Below are positions 20,513 to 29,460 of a stretch of DNA of 64,000 bases, in pieces. The stretch is from a virus (Duplodnaviria; Caudoviricetes), in IMG/VR virus record IMGVR_UViG_3300036546_000248; one strand, written 5' to 3'. The notes beneath the pieces are model-generated. The model saw only the letters and a list, made by a program, of their open reading frames with translations, did no database searches and was not told where the DNA came from. A program made the position numbers and the translations under genes. Each line of letters opens with the position of its first letter. Within the stretch, counting starts at the first letter, position 1.

Positions 20513-21516
20513 TAAACCGCTACGCGAGGATGGTCTTTCTTATACAGATTAACCAAGTTCTCACTCCGGTACATGGGGGCAACCATCACAGCCAACTGCC
20601 AACGAGGATCACTTCCCAACAGGGTCTTTGCAGCCTTAGAGGCGTAGGCAAATGGGGCCAAGTCTACAATCGATTCACCGTGACGTACATACCGGTCCCA
20701 AGACGAGTTAATCCGATTGAGGGTGTTGACCAGAACCGACAGCTCTTCAGCCCTTTTCTCAGGGGCATTACGACTAGGTGATTTATAGAAGGTCAGGATT
20801 TGTCGCGTGGCATCTGGAACTTGAGCCAAGACTCCACCTACACCGATCTTATCGATGATCTGATTCAACAAGGGTAGGTTACTCTGGGCAATGGTCACTC
20901 GCACATTCAACGAATACGAGCGCCGGATAATCTCCTCGTCTCGCGCCGAGTTGAGAATACCTGGAATCAAATCAGTCAGTCCTGACTCGATAGCAAACTC
21001 GAGTACGGTACTGAAGGTCGCTACTTCTGTGGCCAGATCAAACAACTCGAAAAGGTCTGTTTGTCCACTGATCCGCTTGAGCAGATCCGACGCCCCTTTC
21101 AGAGTGTCGTAGTCTCCACGACTATAAGCACGTACACCCTCTTTACCCAAGACGAGCAAATCCTTGGTGGTGTTAGTAGAAACACCCAAAGATTCCATGG
21201 TCTTAAATAGCTTGCCTTGTACACCAGCCGTTAAAGACTTTGTAAGGCTCCCTCCGCCGAGTTTCTTGCCAATGCTAGTCAGGACATCAACTTTAGACAT
21301 CCGCCCAGCAGAGAGCTTCTCAAGGTCTTTTGTGATGGATTTCACTAACTGCGGCGAACGCTTAAGCTTATCCACTGCCCCTTCGGCAGTATTGACCAGT
21401 ACGTCGGGGATATTGTTGAGGGTTTCTTGTTTCTTTACCTTGTAGGCGTCAACCGTCAAGAGGTCATCAATGGGCCCCGATTCGAACAGTGACGTCAGTC
21501 TCTTTTTAGAAGCCAT
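20512..21516 (-). CDS. conserved phiKZ-like hypothetical/virion protein
   Basis: 334-aa ORF with RBS, convergent on the gp182-like gene. Confidence 0.7.
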   Translation of the reverse strand: MASKKRLTSLFESGPIDDLLTVDAYKVKKQETLNNIPDVLVNTAEGAVDKLKRSPQLVKSITKDLEKLSAGRMSKVDVLTSIGKKLGGGSLTKSLTAGVQGKLFKTMESLGVSTNTTKDLLVLGKEGVRAYSRGDYDTLKGASDLLKRISGQTDLFELFDLATEVATFSTVLEFAIESGLTDLIPGILNSARDEEIIRRSYSLNVRVTIAQSNLPLLNQIIDKIGVGGVLAQVPDATRQILTFYKSPSRNAPEKRAEELSVLVNTLNRINSSWDRYVRHGESIVDLAPFAYASKAAKTLLGSDPRWQLAVMVAPMYRSENLVNLYKKDHPRVAV

Positions 21517-21534
21517 TGTGGTCTCCGAAGGTCA

Positions 21535-21563
21535 AAAAAAAAAAAACAAGGGGCCGAAGCCCC
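21535..21563 (-). terminator. intrinsic terminator (minus strand)
   Basis: GGGGC-CGAA-GCCCC stem preceded on + by a poly-A run (U-tract on -). Confidence 0.7.
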
Positions 21564-21568
21564 TCATT

Positions 21569-21904
21569 TCACAGACAGGCCGTAGCCAAGTACTTACCCA
21601 AAGCTTGTATCTTCAGAAAGCCTTTTGCCGCCATCTGTTCCAACACGTCCTTAGCCGGGAAGACCACCTGAGGGAACGAGATAAAGTCGCCTTCTTGCAG
21701 GTCCGACACTTCGATCGAAGGCAGGTCCATTTTGATGGGGGCAAGCTTGATCGGGTACTCACGATAAACGTCGCCGTCCTTACGCCAGAATGACATATCC
21801 GAAGGACACAGCCTAGGGATGGCTTCCCCTACAGCAGCTGCGCGACAGTTCAGGTGTTCATGGATCTTCATTAACGTGTCCTTAAAGGTTGAACAGGTAC
21901 TCAT
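21569..21904 (-). CDS. hypothetical protein
   Basis: ORF between the endonuclease fusion and the terminator; true start may be internal (MKIHEH). Confidence 0.6.
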   Translation of the reverse strand: MSTCSTFKDTLMKIHEHLNCRAAAVGEAIPRLCPSDMSFWRKDGDVYREYPIKLAPIKMDLPSIEVSDLQEGDFISFPQVVFPAKDVLEQMAAKGFLKIQALGKYLATACL

Positions 21905-21908
21905 AGTA

Positions 21909-23066
21909 TCAACGGTCAGTGAGGAACTTACACACCGCCGTTAGATTGTCTGTGAAGTTGGAACGGTCCGGAATTACTTTACAGTTGTCGGGTTTACCGT
22001 AGTAGTAATAATGAACCAGTGGAAGGGTGTTAGTGATCACCAACTCATACAGCTTTGGGTTTTGGGTTATCTTGCAAATCCATCCAATGCGCATCAAACG
22101 ATCAAAGTCGGGGTTTTGGATGTAGTTCTTGTGATCAGCCTTTCCTTTCTTACGCGCTTCAAACCCTGAGAGTTGGGCATACTCATAATCAAGCATTCCC
22201 GTCTTCAAGAAGAAGTGTAAACCCTCGGCTGTATTGAAGTGTCCAAAGGCTGGGTGTTCAAACCCGATAGGTGAAGGGTTGGTTAACAAACGACCCAGCT
22301 CCGTGTGCCCTCGACTGTAGATGTTGATGTGATCAATTGAATCTGTACTTGGATGATAAACTCGAGGAGGTTCTATCACCGTTAACTCCTTTTCGACATA
22401 AAACCAATCTTGGTACTTAGGATCTTCAGAGACCAGTCTTCTCACAACTGACCTTTTCTCCATCCCAATAGCCATACTGGCACTTATTAAAGTTGGGTAC
22501 TCCACCCCTTGAATAGAGACGGGTTTACCACACGCCAAGCGACTAGCTCCATTTGCAGCCAATCGATGTTCTTCGGAAAAGGGACGACCTTTCATAGCCA
22601 CCGACATTTTTCGCCGCGTTTCGTCCGGTAGAGTCCTCCCTAGCTTCGCCGCCGCCAATTTAGAACGCCACTCTTCATCCATTATTCGACCTTTGTTGGC
22701 GGCCGACATTTTTGCCCGATGTTCTTCACTAAAAGACAAACCCTTCATGGGTGATCGAACATCCATGCAGAAGTTGAGTAATGATGGATTGTCTTTATTA
22801 ATGATAATTGTCGCTTGTTCAAGATCGTAAGCTTGATCTCGTCCAAAACAAGGAGTAGTTTCGAAATCCAATTGCGGGTTTTCGTTATATAGCTCTTGTA
22901 GCCTTTTATTGTGGTGACGTCTGTTCTTCAAATCCCATAAATGATCCATCTTCCGTTTGTTAAAGTTGGAAGTACTTCCAATATAGAAGTGACCAGTACT
23001 TGTGTGGGTTAGGACATACATCACACATTGGTCATTGAGTACCTCCGGTAACGGTGTCAGTTCCAT
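21909..23066 (-). CDS. GIY-YIG homing endonuclease (NUMOD3/NUMOD1 DNA-binding) fused to a conserved jumbo-phage C-terminal domain
   Basis: MYVL..TGHFYIGSTSNFNKRK; repeated FSEEHRAKMS-type NUMOD3 motifs; GKPVSIQGVEY; unrelated C-terminal domain HINIYSRGHTELGRLLTN; visibly AT-richer DNA in the nuclease part. Confidence 0.85.
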   Translation of the reverse strand: MELTPLPEVLNDQCVMYVLTHTSTGHFYIGSTSNFNKRKMDHLWDLKNRRHHNKRLQELYNENPQLDFETTPCFGRDQAYDLEQATIIINKDNPSLLNFCMDVRSPMKGLSFSEEHRAKMSAANKGRIMDEEWRSKLAAAKLGRTLPDETRRKMSVAMKGRPFSEEHRLAANGASRLACGKPVSIQGVEYPTLISASMAIGMEKRSVVRRLVSEDPKYQDWFYVEKELTVIEPPRVYHPSTDSIDHINIYSRGHTELGRLLTNPSPIGFEHPAFGHFNTAEGLHFFLKTGMLDYEYAQLSGFEARKKGKADHKNYIQNPDFDRLMRIGWICKITQNPKLYELVITNTLPLVHYYYYGKPDNCKVIPDRSNFTDNLTAVCKFLTDR

Positions 23067-23075
23067 AGGCTCTCC

Positions 23076-23534
23076 TCAGATCAGGTCGTAGTCGCGCTCG
23101 AGTGTGTTACGGGACAACATGAGAGGCCTCAACGTCTGGAGCCCAACATGTAGGTCAACCCCCATTCTTAGTACGTTGCGCAGGGTTTCCAAATCGGCCG
23201 GGCTATTGAATTCCACGTGGGTGTCGGGGAGGAGGTACTTGAGTAACAGTTCTGAGACGTCAAGGACACCGGCTTGATTCAGTTTGTGGACGAAGACCTT
23301 CACGCCATTGGTGTAGGCCAACAGAATAAATTGCGTCACATCCTGAGGACATTCAAACCGACACGAGTACGTCGTCATCGGGTGACTGAAGTTCATGTAC
23401 TGGTCAATCTGTGGGGAGCGGTTCATAGAACATTCGTCCTTTAAGGGCATATAGCGCAGGTTGCCCTGCGCTTGTTTGCTAGGAGGAGAGTTTATCACCA
23501 ATGCCGCTGCGTTTGATCTTCTCCAACTGCTCAT
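23076..23534 (-). CDS. hypothetical protein
   Basis: ORF with RFECPQDV..PDTHVEF..DLHVGLQTLRP; true start probably internal. Confidence 0.6.
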   Translation of the reverse strand: MSSWRRSNAAALVINSPPSKQAQGNLRYMPLKDECSMNRSPQIDQYMNFSHPMTTYSCRFECPQDVTQFILLAYTNGVKVFVHKLNQAGVLDVSELLLKYLLPDTHVEFNSPADLETLRNVLRMGVDLHVGLQTLRPLMLSRNTLERDYDLI

Positions 23535-24027
23535 TGAGGCGGTCGTTCTGAGGATCGATTACAGGGGCATTGATCATCTGGTAGGGGCTGGGTTTAAGGG
23601 GCTGTTGTCCAGGACGCCGGCGATAGATTGTCATGGGGAGGACAATCTTGTCTCGTTCAAACTCGATCTCGAGGGTCAACTTGGCAGAGATCGGATTTAT
23701 GAAGGACAAACCTTTCATAAACACGTTCCATGTCATGGTGTTTCGGGACAACTCTTTCGATAGGTTCCCGCGCGCGGACGACATGTCCTTGCCATTTTGC
23801 GGGATGCGGTTACGTGGATCTTCCAGATAACGAGGCATGCTGTTATTCCAGTCGATCACGCTAAACCGCGCTTCTCGCAAGATGGTGCGAAACGCTTTGC
23901 TTAAGACATCGCGCGCCTCATCTATCTTCTTGTCAGGGTCGTGGAGAATCTCCAGCATCTGACTGCGGTTTTCTCTGCCGTACATGAGGTATCTCCAAAA
24001 AGGCCAGGGTAAGTGCCTCGACTTCAC
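23479..24027 (-). CDS. conserved phiKZ-like hypothetical protein
   Basis: ORF in a co-directional run; true start probably internal. Confidence 0.65.
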   Translation of the reverse strand: MKSRHLPWPFWRYLMYGRENRSQMLEILHDPDKKIDEARDVLSKAFRTILREARFSVIDWNNSMPRYLEDPRNRIPQNGKDMSSARGNLSKELSRNTMTWNVFMKGLSFINPISAKLTLEIEFERDKIVLPMTIYRRRPGQQPLKPSPYQMINAPVIDPQNDRLNEQLEKIKRSGIGDKLSS

Positions 24028-24568
24028 CCATCAGGTGTGACAGCTGTCGATTGTAGTAATCGACACTACCCTGGCGCGTTATGCCGGCGCTGGTGAGACC
24101 TTTTTGAATAAACTCCAACTGTAGGATGATCGCATTGTATACCTCCAACGGTACAATTGGCGCATCGTCTGGAGTGACCAAATAGTCATCCAAAGTCACA
24201 CGCCTTAAGTTTAATGGGTTTTCTCGACTGCGTTGAATCTTCTCGGATACTGTCTCATTCGCCGAAATTTGCTTACTGGCTAAGTTGAGCAATCGAATCA
24301 ACTCGTAAGCGTTAGGGTGTGCGGTATTCAGATGGATGCGAATTCCAACGGCTACCACGTACCCCCTCAAGACATCCAGGTCCAGAAGACGCAGAAGCTT
24401 GAGGCAATAGACTACATTTCTATGAAGGTAGTCATTGTCTGTATGTTCCGAGCGAATGCGACTTACGGCCTCTTCCACAGTCTCTTTACGGAGACCGCCA
24501 AAGAGTTTTCGTAGGTACTGCTCGAAAACATAATATAGGTTTGTAATTTTTTTCAAGGAAACCACCAT
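23933..24568 (-). CDS. hypothetical protein
   Basis: long ORF; start uncertain, second Met (24568) chosen because of overlap with the divergent gene. Confidence 0.55.
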   Translation of the reverse strand: MVVSLKKITNLYYVFEQYLRKLFGGLRKETVEEAVSRIRSEHTDNDYLHRNVVYCLKLLRLLDLDVLRGYVVAVGIRIHLNTAHPNAYELIRLLNLASKQISANETVSEKIQRSRENPLNLRRVTLDDYLVTPDDAPIVPLEVYNAIILQLEFIQKGLTSAGITRQGSVDYYNRQLSHLMGEVEALTLAFLEIPHVRQRKPQSDAGDSPRP

Positions 24569-24977
24569 GTCCGAATTCAATTTGACCGATGACGACATTC
24601 TTCGTCTGACCCAGGGTCAACGCAAAAAGCTACTCGACCACTACACTGAAAAAGGTATACCCGGCTCGATTGAAGAGCAAGAGGCCTTGATGCGCCTACT
24701 GGCTGACATGGACCGCACGGCGCTGGGTAACAAGCGTGTCAAGACGGACGAGAAGCTAGCAGGTACTAACGAGTTGGTGGCTCAGGCCATCACCGATGTG
24801 ATCAAACATTTCGGTGGACAGAACCCGTTCGAGAACAACACCACAGGCGTGATCATTGACGCCATCCCAGAACCGGACACGAAGCTACTTCCAGCAGCCA
24901 ACCCAGTCCCTGGGGAAATGAACATTGGGATCGAGTCCCATGACTTCAATGACTTCGTCAAGAAGTTTGAAGACTAA
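24567..24977 (+). CDS. hypothetical protein (136 aa)
   Basis: AAGGAA RBS before ATG; followed by a hairpin. Confidence 0.75.
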   Translation: MSEFNLTDDDILRLTQGQRKKLLDHYTEKGIPGSIEEQEALMRLLADMDRTALGNKRVKTDEKLAGTNELVAQAITDVIKHFGGQNPFENNTTGVIIDAIPEPDTKLLPAANPVPGEMNIGIESHDFNDFVKKFED

Positions 24978-25008
24978 CATATCATCAGGTATTCAGTAAC
25001 GGTTTACT

Positions 25009-25046
25009 GACGGCATACAGGGCGGGGTGACCCGCCCTGTTTATGC
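25009..25046. terminator. bidirectional hairpin with GACGGCATA / TATGC arms
   Basis: ACAGGGCGGGGTGACCCGCCCTGT is the exact 24-bp reverse complement of the core at ~20475. Confidence 0.75.
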
Positions 25047-25781
25047 ACGCAACAAGCTGAAGAAGGCAGGAGGTAACAGTTGTAGGGAGATGTACACCGA
25101 CATCACCATCTCACTTACCGCAAAGGGATTAACCTCACCGAAGTGCTCAACTGTACGGTCTTCTTTGGTAATGACTCGGTCATGGCTGACAGCGGGTGCT
25201 AACAGATTGACTTCGGGAATCGCATGGGTGCGGAAGTTATCCTTCTGCGCCTCCATCCAACTCCAATAGTCGTACATCACCAATAGCGAAACCTCACGCT
25301 TGATCCACTGAGGGGTCAACTGTTCTGGTTTCATAAAGACCATCTTGACTTCAACCACATTGCCTGTGAGGATCTCACAGGCCTGTTGAATGGCGGCCAC
25401 CTCAAGCTCTTCGAGTTGATAAGGCCAGTAGTTAACCAAATACTGCGTACGTGACACGAAGGGTAGGTTAACTTGACTCACCACTAACGCTTCACTCAGT
25501 TCCTCTAAGATCCGAATGATGTTAGTGGGCCTTGCTGCTATCAAAGCTTGTTTGTCGCGCGCTTTCCACCACTGCTTAAATTGGCTATGGGTAACCAACC
25601 CTTGAGTCAACTCGGAGTAGTCGTCAGACTCACGGGTCCAATAGCCCTCCTGCATCAACATCGTGGCGGCTTCAGGCGAATGAATAGCGACTACCCCCAC
25701 CCGCGTATCCAACAAGCTGTCAAGGTCGATGTAGACCTTCTGATCGAACTCAGAGGGTGTTGAGGAAGTCTGGTTTGACAT
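25041..25781 (-). CDS. conserved phiKZ-like hypothetical protein with HAD-like DxD start
   Basis: YIDLDSLLDTR near the N-terminus; part of the operon with RNAP beta-C. Confidence 0.65.
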   Translation of the reverse strand: MSNQTSSTPSEFDQKVYIDLDSLLDTRVGVVAIHSPEAATMLMQEGYWTRESDDYSELTQGLVTHSQFKQWWKARDKQALIAARPTNIIRILEELSEALVVSQVNLPFVSRTQYLVNYWPYQLEELEVAAIQQACEILTGNVVEVKMVFMKPEQLTPQWIKREVSLLVMYDYWSWMEAQKDNFRTHAIPEVNLLAPAVSHDRVITKEDRTVEHFGEVNPFAVSEMVMSVYISLQLLPPAFFSLLRA

Positions 25782-26256
25782 ACTCGTCCCTACCTAGTGC
25801 GATCAACAGCACAACTGCGAACCACGGGTTATTGGTAATGAGAGGTTCTACTTCAGTCGGACCCACTACCCGCTCGTAATAGTCGGCGTCCAACGCCCCT
25901 TGTTCTTTGGTCACCACTTGGGCTGCAAACCGCAGCGCTTTAGCCACCTCGGTGTGAAAGTCGTGTTGAACATGAGTCAGCATCAACAACGTCACTTCAG
26001 TCACCATCTCCTGAACAACGCTTTCTTCACGAATCTCCTCCCACAAATCCTCGACGACATCGTCGGTGATAAAGAGTGGTTGGAAGTCCAGGCGCAATTT
26101 ACTTACGAACTGGAACACCTTAAGACGTTCTTCAAGCATTGTCTTGGTGGCAGTGTTCTGATCGGCCCGAATCGCAACGAGTCGATTGATGTAGCTGTTC
26201 ACCATGGCGTGGGTTTGTTGGCAGAGATGCGTAAAGTTTTCGTGCTGATTCATCAT
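25750..26256 (-). CDS. hypothetical protein
   Basis: overlap-coupled ORF downstream of RNAP beta-C. Confidence 0.7.
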   Translation of the reverse strand: MMNQHENFTHLCQQTHAMVNSYINRLVAIRADQNTATKTMLEERLKVFQFVSKLRLDFQPLFITDDVVEDLWEEIREESVVQEMVTEVTLLMLTHVQHDFHTEVAKALRFAAQVVTKEQGALDADYYERVVGPTEVEPLITNNPWFAVVLLIALGRDEYVKPDFLNTL

Positions 26257-26945
26257 TTATCCAACGTGTTGTCCAAGTGCATCGCTTTGAGTAAGGTACT
26301 AAGGGTCGTGACTGACTTCACCTTGGTACCTGCTTGACCCAAATGTTCGATCGAAGCCCCACCCGTCTCGTAGATGCTTCGGTTCATGGCGTTAAAGCCT
26401 TTGGCGTCACCGCCACGGAACTTAATCAGTTCGGTGATGGTGTAATCCAAGTTCTGGGCAAAAAGCACCTGTAGCTCCGGGAAGGAGATCTTCGAACCTT
26501 TAGAGGCTCCCGTGGGTTGTCCTGACAGGTCATCGACATGCTTGTTGTTCTCAGGAATCGAAACCTTCTTTTGGAGTAACTGTACTTGTCGACGCACCGG
26601 AAGATCAACCACCATATAACGAATGGGGGTGAGGTAGGTCATACCTGTGGTGGGGTCAGTCAGAACCAAGCGTTGGAAGAACTCGTGGTTCAGCTCTTTG
26701 GCAATCTTAAGGTTTCGCTCAAGATCCAAACGGTCTTTGGTCAGGTTTGGAGAGATGATAGACAGGTTGGCTTCACCACTCTCCAACTGTTGCATGAACT
26801 GATCGAATTGGCGATCAGACATAGCGGCAAACATTTCTTCATACCGGGCGCGATTAGGGCTACCCGGCAAGAGTTTGTCGATGTACTTCAAAATGAATTC
26901 TGTGGCGGCTTTGCGATTACCCATGACTTCTCCCCCGACTACCAA
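26253..26945 (-). CDS. virion RNA polymerase beta subunit, C-terminal part (phiKZ gp149-like)
   Basis: LSGQPTGASKGSKISFPELQVL aligns with the beta C-terminal QP..G...G.RFGEME region; start may be the internal MGNRK. Confidence 0.82.
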   Translation of the reverse strand: MVVGGEVMGNRKAATEFILKYIDKLLPGSPNRARYEEMFAAMSDRQFDQFMQQLESGEANLSIISPNLTKDRLDLERNLKIAKELNHEFFQRLVLTDPTTGMTYLTPIRYMVVDLPVRRQVQLLQKKVSIPENNKHVDDLSGQPTGASKGSKISFPELQVLFAQNLDYTITELIKFRGGDAKGFNAMNRSIYETGGASIEHLGQAGTKVKSVTTLSTLLKAMHLDNTLDK

Positions 26946-27391
26946 TCACAGACTACATCAAGCACCCCAATGCACAGGGATTTGGCCATACCCCGTACAG
27001 TCAAGTTCACAGGTTCGTTTAGCCCGTGGAACGAGATCAGGTGGGTGAGGTGCTTAAATTCGTACTCTAACTGTTGATAGTACTCTGCACTTAAAGGTGC
27101 GTGAAATATGTAAGCGGCTGATTTGGAAAATGCGATGTCCTGAACCAAACTGGACATACGCAACACCGTTGGTTGTGTTCCAATGAAACGAACGGCCACC
27201 CCCAAGCGCGGGTCGTCAGGGTCCCACCCTAAACTGGTCAATGCTGACAGCAGTGTATGGCGAAAGGACTGAGCATCCAAATTGGGGGTCGATGCAAAAA
27301 CACCAACCACCACAGAATCGTACAGACCTGTTGTCGCCATATTGACTTTGGCTGATGGTTGGGGAGCTATGCCCAATAGGAAGTCATCCAT
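26939..27391 (-). CDS. hypothetical protein
   Basis: ORF packed in the co-directional run. Confidence 0.65.
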   Translation of the reverse strand: MDDFLLGIAPQPSAKVNMATTGLYDSVVVGVFASTPNLDAQSFRHTLLSALTSLGWDPDDPRLGVAVRFIGTQPTVLRMSSLVQDIAFSKSAAYIFHAPLSAEYYQQLEYEFKHLTHLISFHGLNEPVNLTVRGMAKSLCIGVLDVVCDW

Positions 27392-27396
27392 TCGGA

Positions 27397-27663
27397 TTAC
27401 ACTCCGTGTCGGGCAAGCGTCGGAAAAACATGGCGTTCCAGATCACGCAACCAGAGCCCTACAGGACGTTGGTCGATCAGGTATTCGCGCTCTTTCTGAG
27501 TGTTGACTTCCAGTGAGCCGAGGTGGCAACGCAGAAAGCCGTTGATTTCAGCCTGTTGGGCTTGTGGAGTCTTTGCCGTACAGGTGAAGTTTTGACTGAA
27601 CTTTTGAGCGACCTCCGGACAGGAACGCTCCAGTCTCTCCAGCAATTTATTCATGGTACTCAT
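27397..27663 (-). CDS. hypothetical protein (88 aa)
   Basis: GAGGA RBS upstream on -; tightly packed. Confidence 0.7.
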   Translation of the reverse strand: MSTMNKLLERLERSCPEVAQKFSQNFTCTAKTPQAQQAEINGFLRCHLGSLEVNTQKEREYLIDQRPVGLWLRDLERHVFPTLARHGV

Positions 27664-27773
27664 CCTAGTTATCCTCGAATGAAGTTAGTGGGCTGTAAGG
27701 AAACAACCTTCGTATCATTACGAGTAGTGTTGGCATTTGTTCTATATGGTAGGTGATGCATTTAAAAAATAAC

Positions 27774-27804
27774 CGTCATACGCTCAGGCAGAAGCCTGAG
27801 CGTA
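27774..27804 (-). terminator. GC hairpin followed by TATGACG on - strand
   Basis: TACGCTCAGGC-AGAA-GCCTGAGCGTA with CGTCATA on its left. Confidence 0.65.
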
Positions 27805-27813
27805 GAGGACAGG

Positions 27814-27960
27814 TTAGTCGTGTCGGCGAGTAAGGCCCAAAGCGAGGCGCAACAGACTCATCAAACCAAACGATCGCCGCTTAAGGCGTTCAGCAGTAAA
27901 CGGATCAATCTGACGATCTTCGGTTACAATGTCCAAGGTGCGAAGCCCGAGTGGGCTCAT
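27814..27960 (-). CDS. small protein (48 aa) translationally coupled to uvsX; not in the ORF track
   Basis: ATG overlaps the uvsX stop (TGATG); MSPLGLRTLDIVTEDRQIDPFTAERLKRRSFGLMSLLRLALGLTRRHD*; ends 10 nt before the hairpin. Confidence 0.55.
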   Translation of the reverse strand: MSPLGLRTLDIVTEDRQIDPFTAERLKRRSFGLMSLLRLALGLTRRHD

Positions 27961-29348
27961 CATTTAAAACCCTCCGGACTGTACTCCCCTTTAGCCATGC
28001 GCAGGATGTCGAAGGTCGACAGGAACTTACGTGGATTCGAAGCTTCGTCCTCCTTGTAGATCCAGTAGCCCCGACTGTTCAGGATCTTCTTCCAGTCGTA
28101 ACCTTGCTCTTTGATCTTGGCGTACAGCTCAGCCGGTGCCATCATGTAGTCAATGGTTTGGCTGAACCCGAGAACATCCATCTGGCAGAGTTCGGAGGTG
28201 ATTTCTGCAGCCCGCTTTTGTTCGTAGGTTTCCACCAACTTACTGCGCACGGTGGTACGTTGCATCACCACTTCGGGGTTGATGTCGAAGTAGTAAGCGC
28301 GGTCGTGACCACCCAGACCAAACTTGTAGAACTTGCAGTAGTTGAATTCGGACAACGACGCCAGCAGACCATCACGCTGCGAATAGATCACTTCGAACGG
28401 CATCCCTGTAGGGCCAGACTTGGCCCGCAGGTTCTGCAACGTCAGCAGGTTGAGGTCGGTATCCCCCTTGAGGTTGTCATCAGAGTTCTCCGGGTACTCG
28501 GGTCCCTTGGTGGTGGCGTTCTGTAGTACCGAAACGCTATGGCAGTACCAGAGGTTGTTGGTGAGGAAGGTGAACTTCTCCGGAACGTTTTTGAAGACGT
28601 TCTTACCTTTAAGGAAGGCCAACTTCTTCGGGTCCGGGGCGTACGGGTCGAGTTGATGTTTGTCACCCACGTGAGCTGTGGTGATCACGAAGTTCGAGGC
28701 ACCAGCTGTCATGTTCGGCAACTGCATCAACATCTGCGTCTTGGCCGCCGCAGAGCGCAGAGCGTCGGTGTTGGCACCAGAGTCACCGATCTGGTTCTTG
28801 TCGTAGATACCTTCGACCGAGTCGGTGATGAACATACTGAGCGAATCGATCTCGAACAGGTGAGCCATCAGCGTTTGGATGTTGTTACCCTTGTTGTCCA
28901 CGAACGGCAGTGTCCGAGTCATGGACTTCGTTTCTTTACGCTTGGCGTTAGAGAAGTCGCGGAAACGATCGAACCACTTGTTACCCGAGATCATGGTCGA
29001 GTCGGTGAGGATCAGCTTACGCAGGTCCACCAAATCCAACCCTTGAAGTTCGGGGAACGTAGAGGCGAGGTGATACAGACGCTCCAACATCAGCGACACT
29101 TCGGTGTCGTAGAAGTTAGCAGGACTGCCGTAGCGCGCCAAGGCGCAAAGCATCATGTAGTGTGCAACAAGGGATTTACCCATGTTACCGCGACCCCCAA
29201 TCCCGGTAAACGGAGCAAGACCACCGTTAAGGATCATCTCACCGTTTTTACCTTCGTAGTATCGGCCGGTGGGGATGTCCATCAGACAGCCGAGGTTGAG
29301 GAAAGGGCGCAGACGTGGCGCTTGGTCAAAATAGTCAGAAAGTTCCAT
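27960..29348 (-). CDS. uvsX: UvsX/RecA-like recombinase (phiKZ gp152-like)
   Basis: Walker A GRGNMGKS, Walker B FEIDSLS; synteny with RNase H and RNAP beta-C. Confidence 0.85.
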   Translation of the reverse strand: MELSDYFDQAPRLRPFLNLGCLMDIPTGRYYEGKNGEMILNGGLAPFTGIGGRGNMGKSLVAHYMMLCALARYGSPANFYDTEVSLMLERLYHLASTFPELQGLDLVDLRKLILTDSTMISGNKWFDRFRDFSNAKRKETKSMTRTLPFVDNKGNNIQTLMAHLFEIDSLSMFITDSVEGIYDKNQIGDSGANTDALRSAAAKTQMLMQLPNMTAGASNFVITTAHVGDKHQLDPYAPDPKKLAFLKGKNVFKNVPEKFTFLTNNLWYCHSVSVLQNATTKGPEYPENSDDNLKGDTDLNLLTLQNLRAKSGPTGMPFEVIYSQRDGLLASLSEFNYCKFYKFGLGGHDRAYYFDINPEVVMQRTTVRSKLVETYEQKRAAEITSELCQMDVLGFSQTIDYMMAPAELYAKIKEQGYDWKKILNSRGYWIYKEDEASNPRKFLSTFDILRMAKGEYSPEGFK

Positions 29349-29460
29349 TCAAAATACTCGCTTGAACCGTGTTGGGTCGTGTTAAGTGTTGTTACTCACA
29401 TTGATATCCGAAAGATGTTTATTTTTATGACCCCACCTTCCCTATCACCTTGAGGTAGTT

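Noticed and set aside
21909-23066. group I intron or intein around the GIY-YIG gene
   Set aside because: The ORF begins with its own ATG and RBS, there is no upstream exon, and no Cys/Ser...His-Asn intein ends or flanking non-coding intron sequence are visible.
25041-25781. active HAD phosphatase call
   Set aside because: Only the DxD-like motif I (DLDSLLD) is seen; motifs II-IV could not be identified, so it is left as hypothetical.
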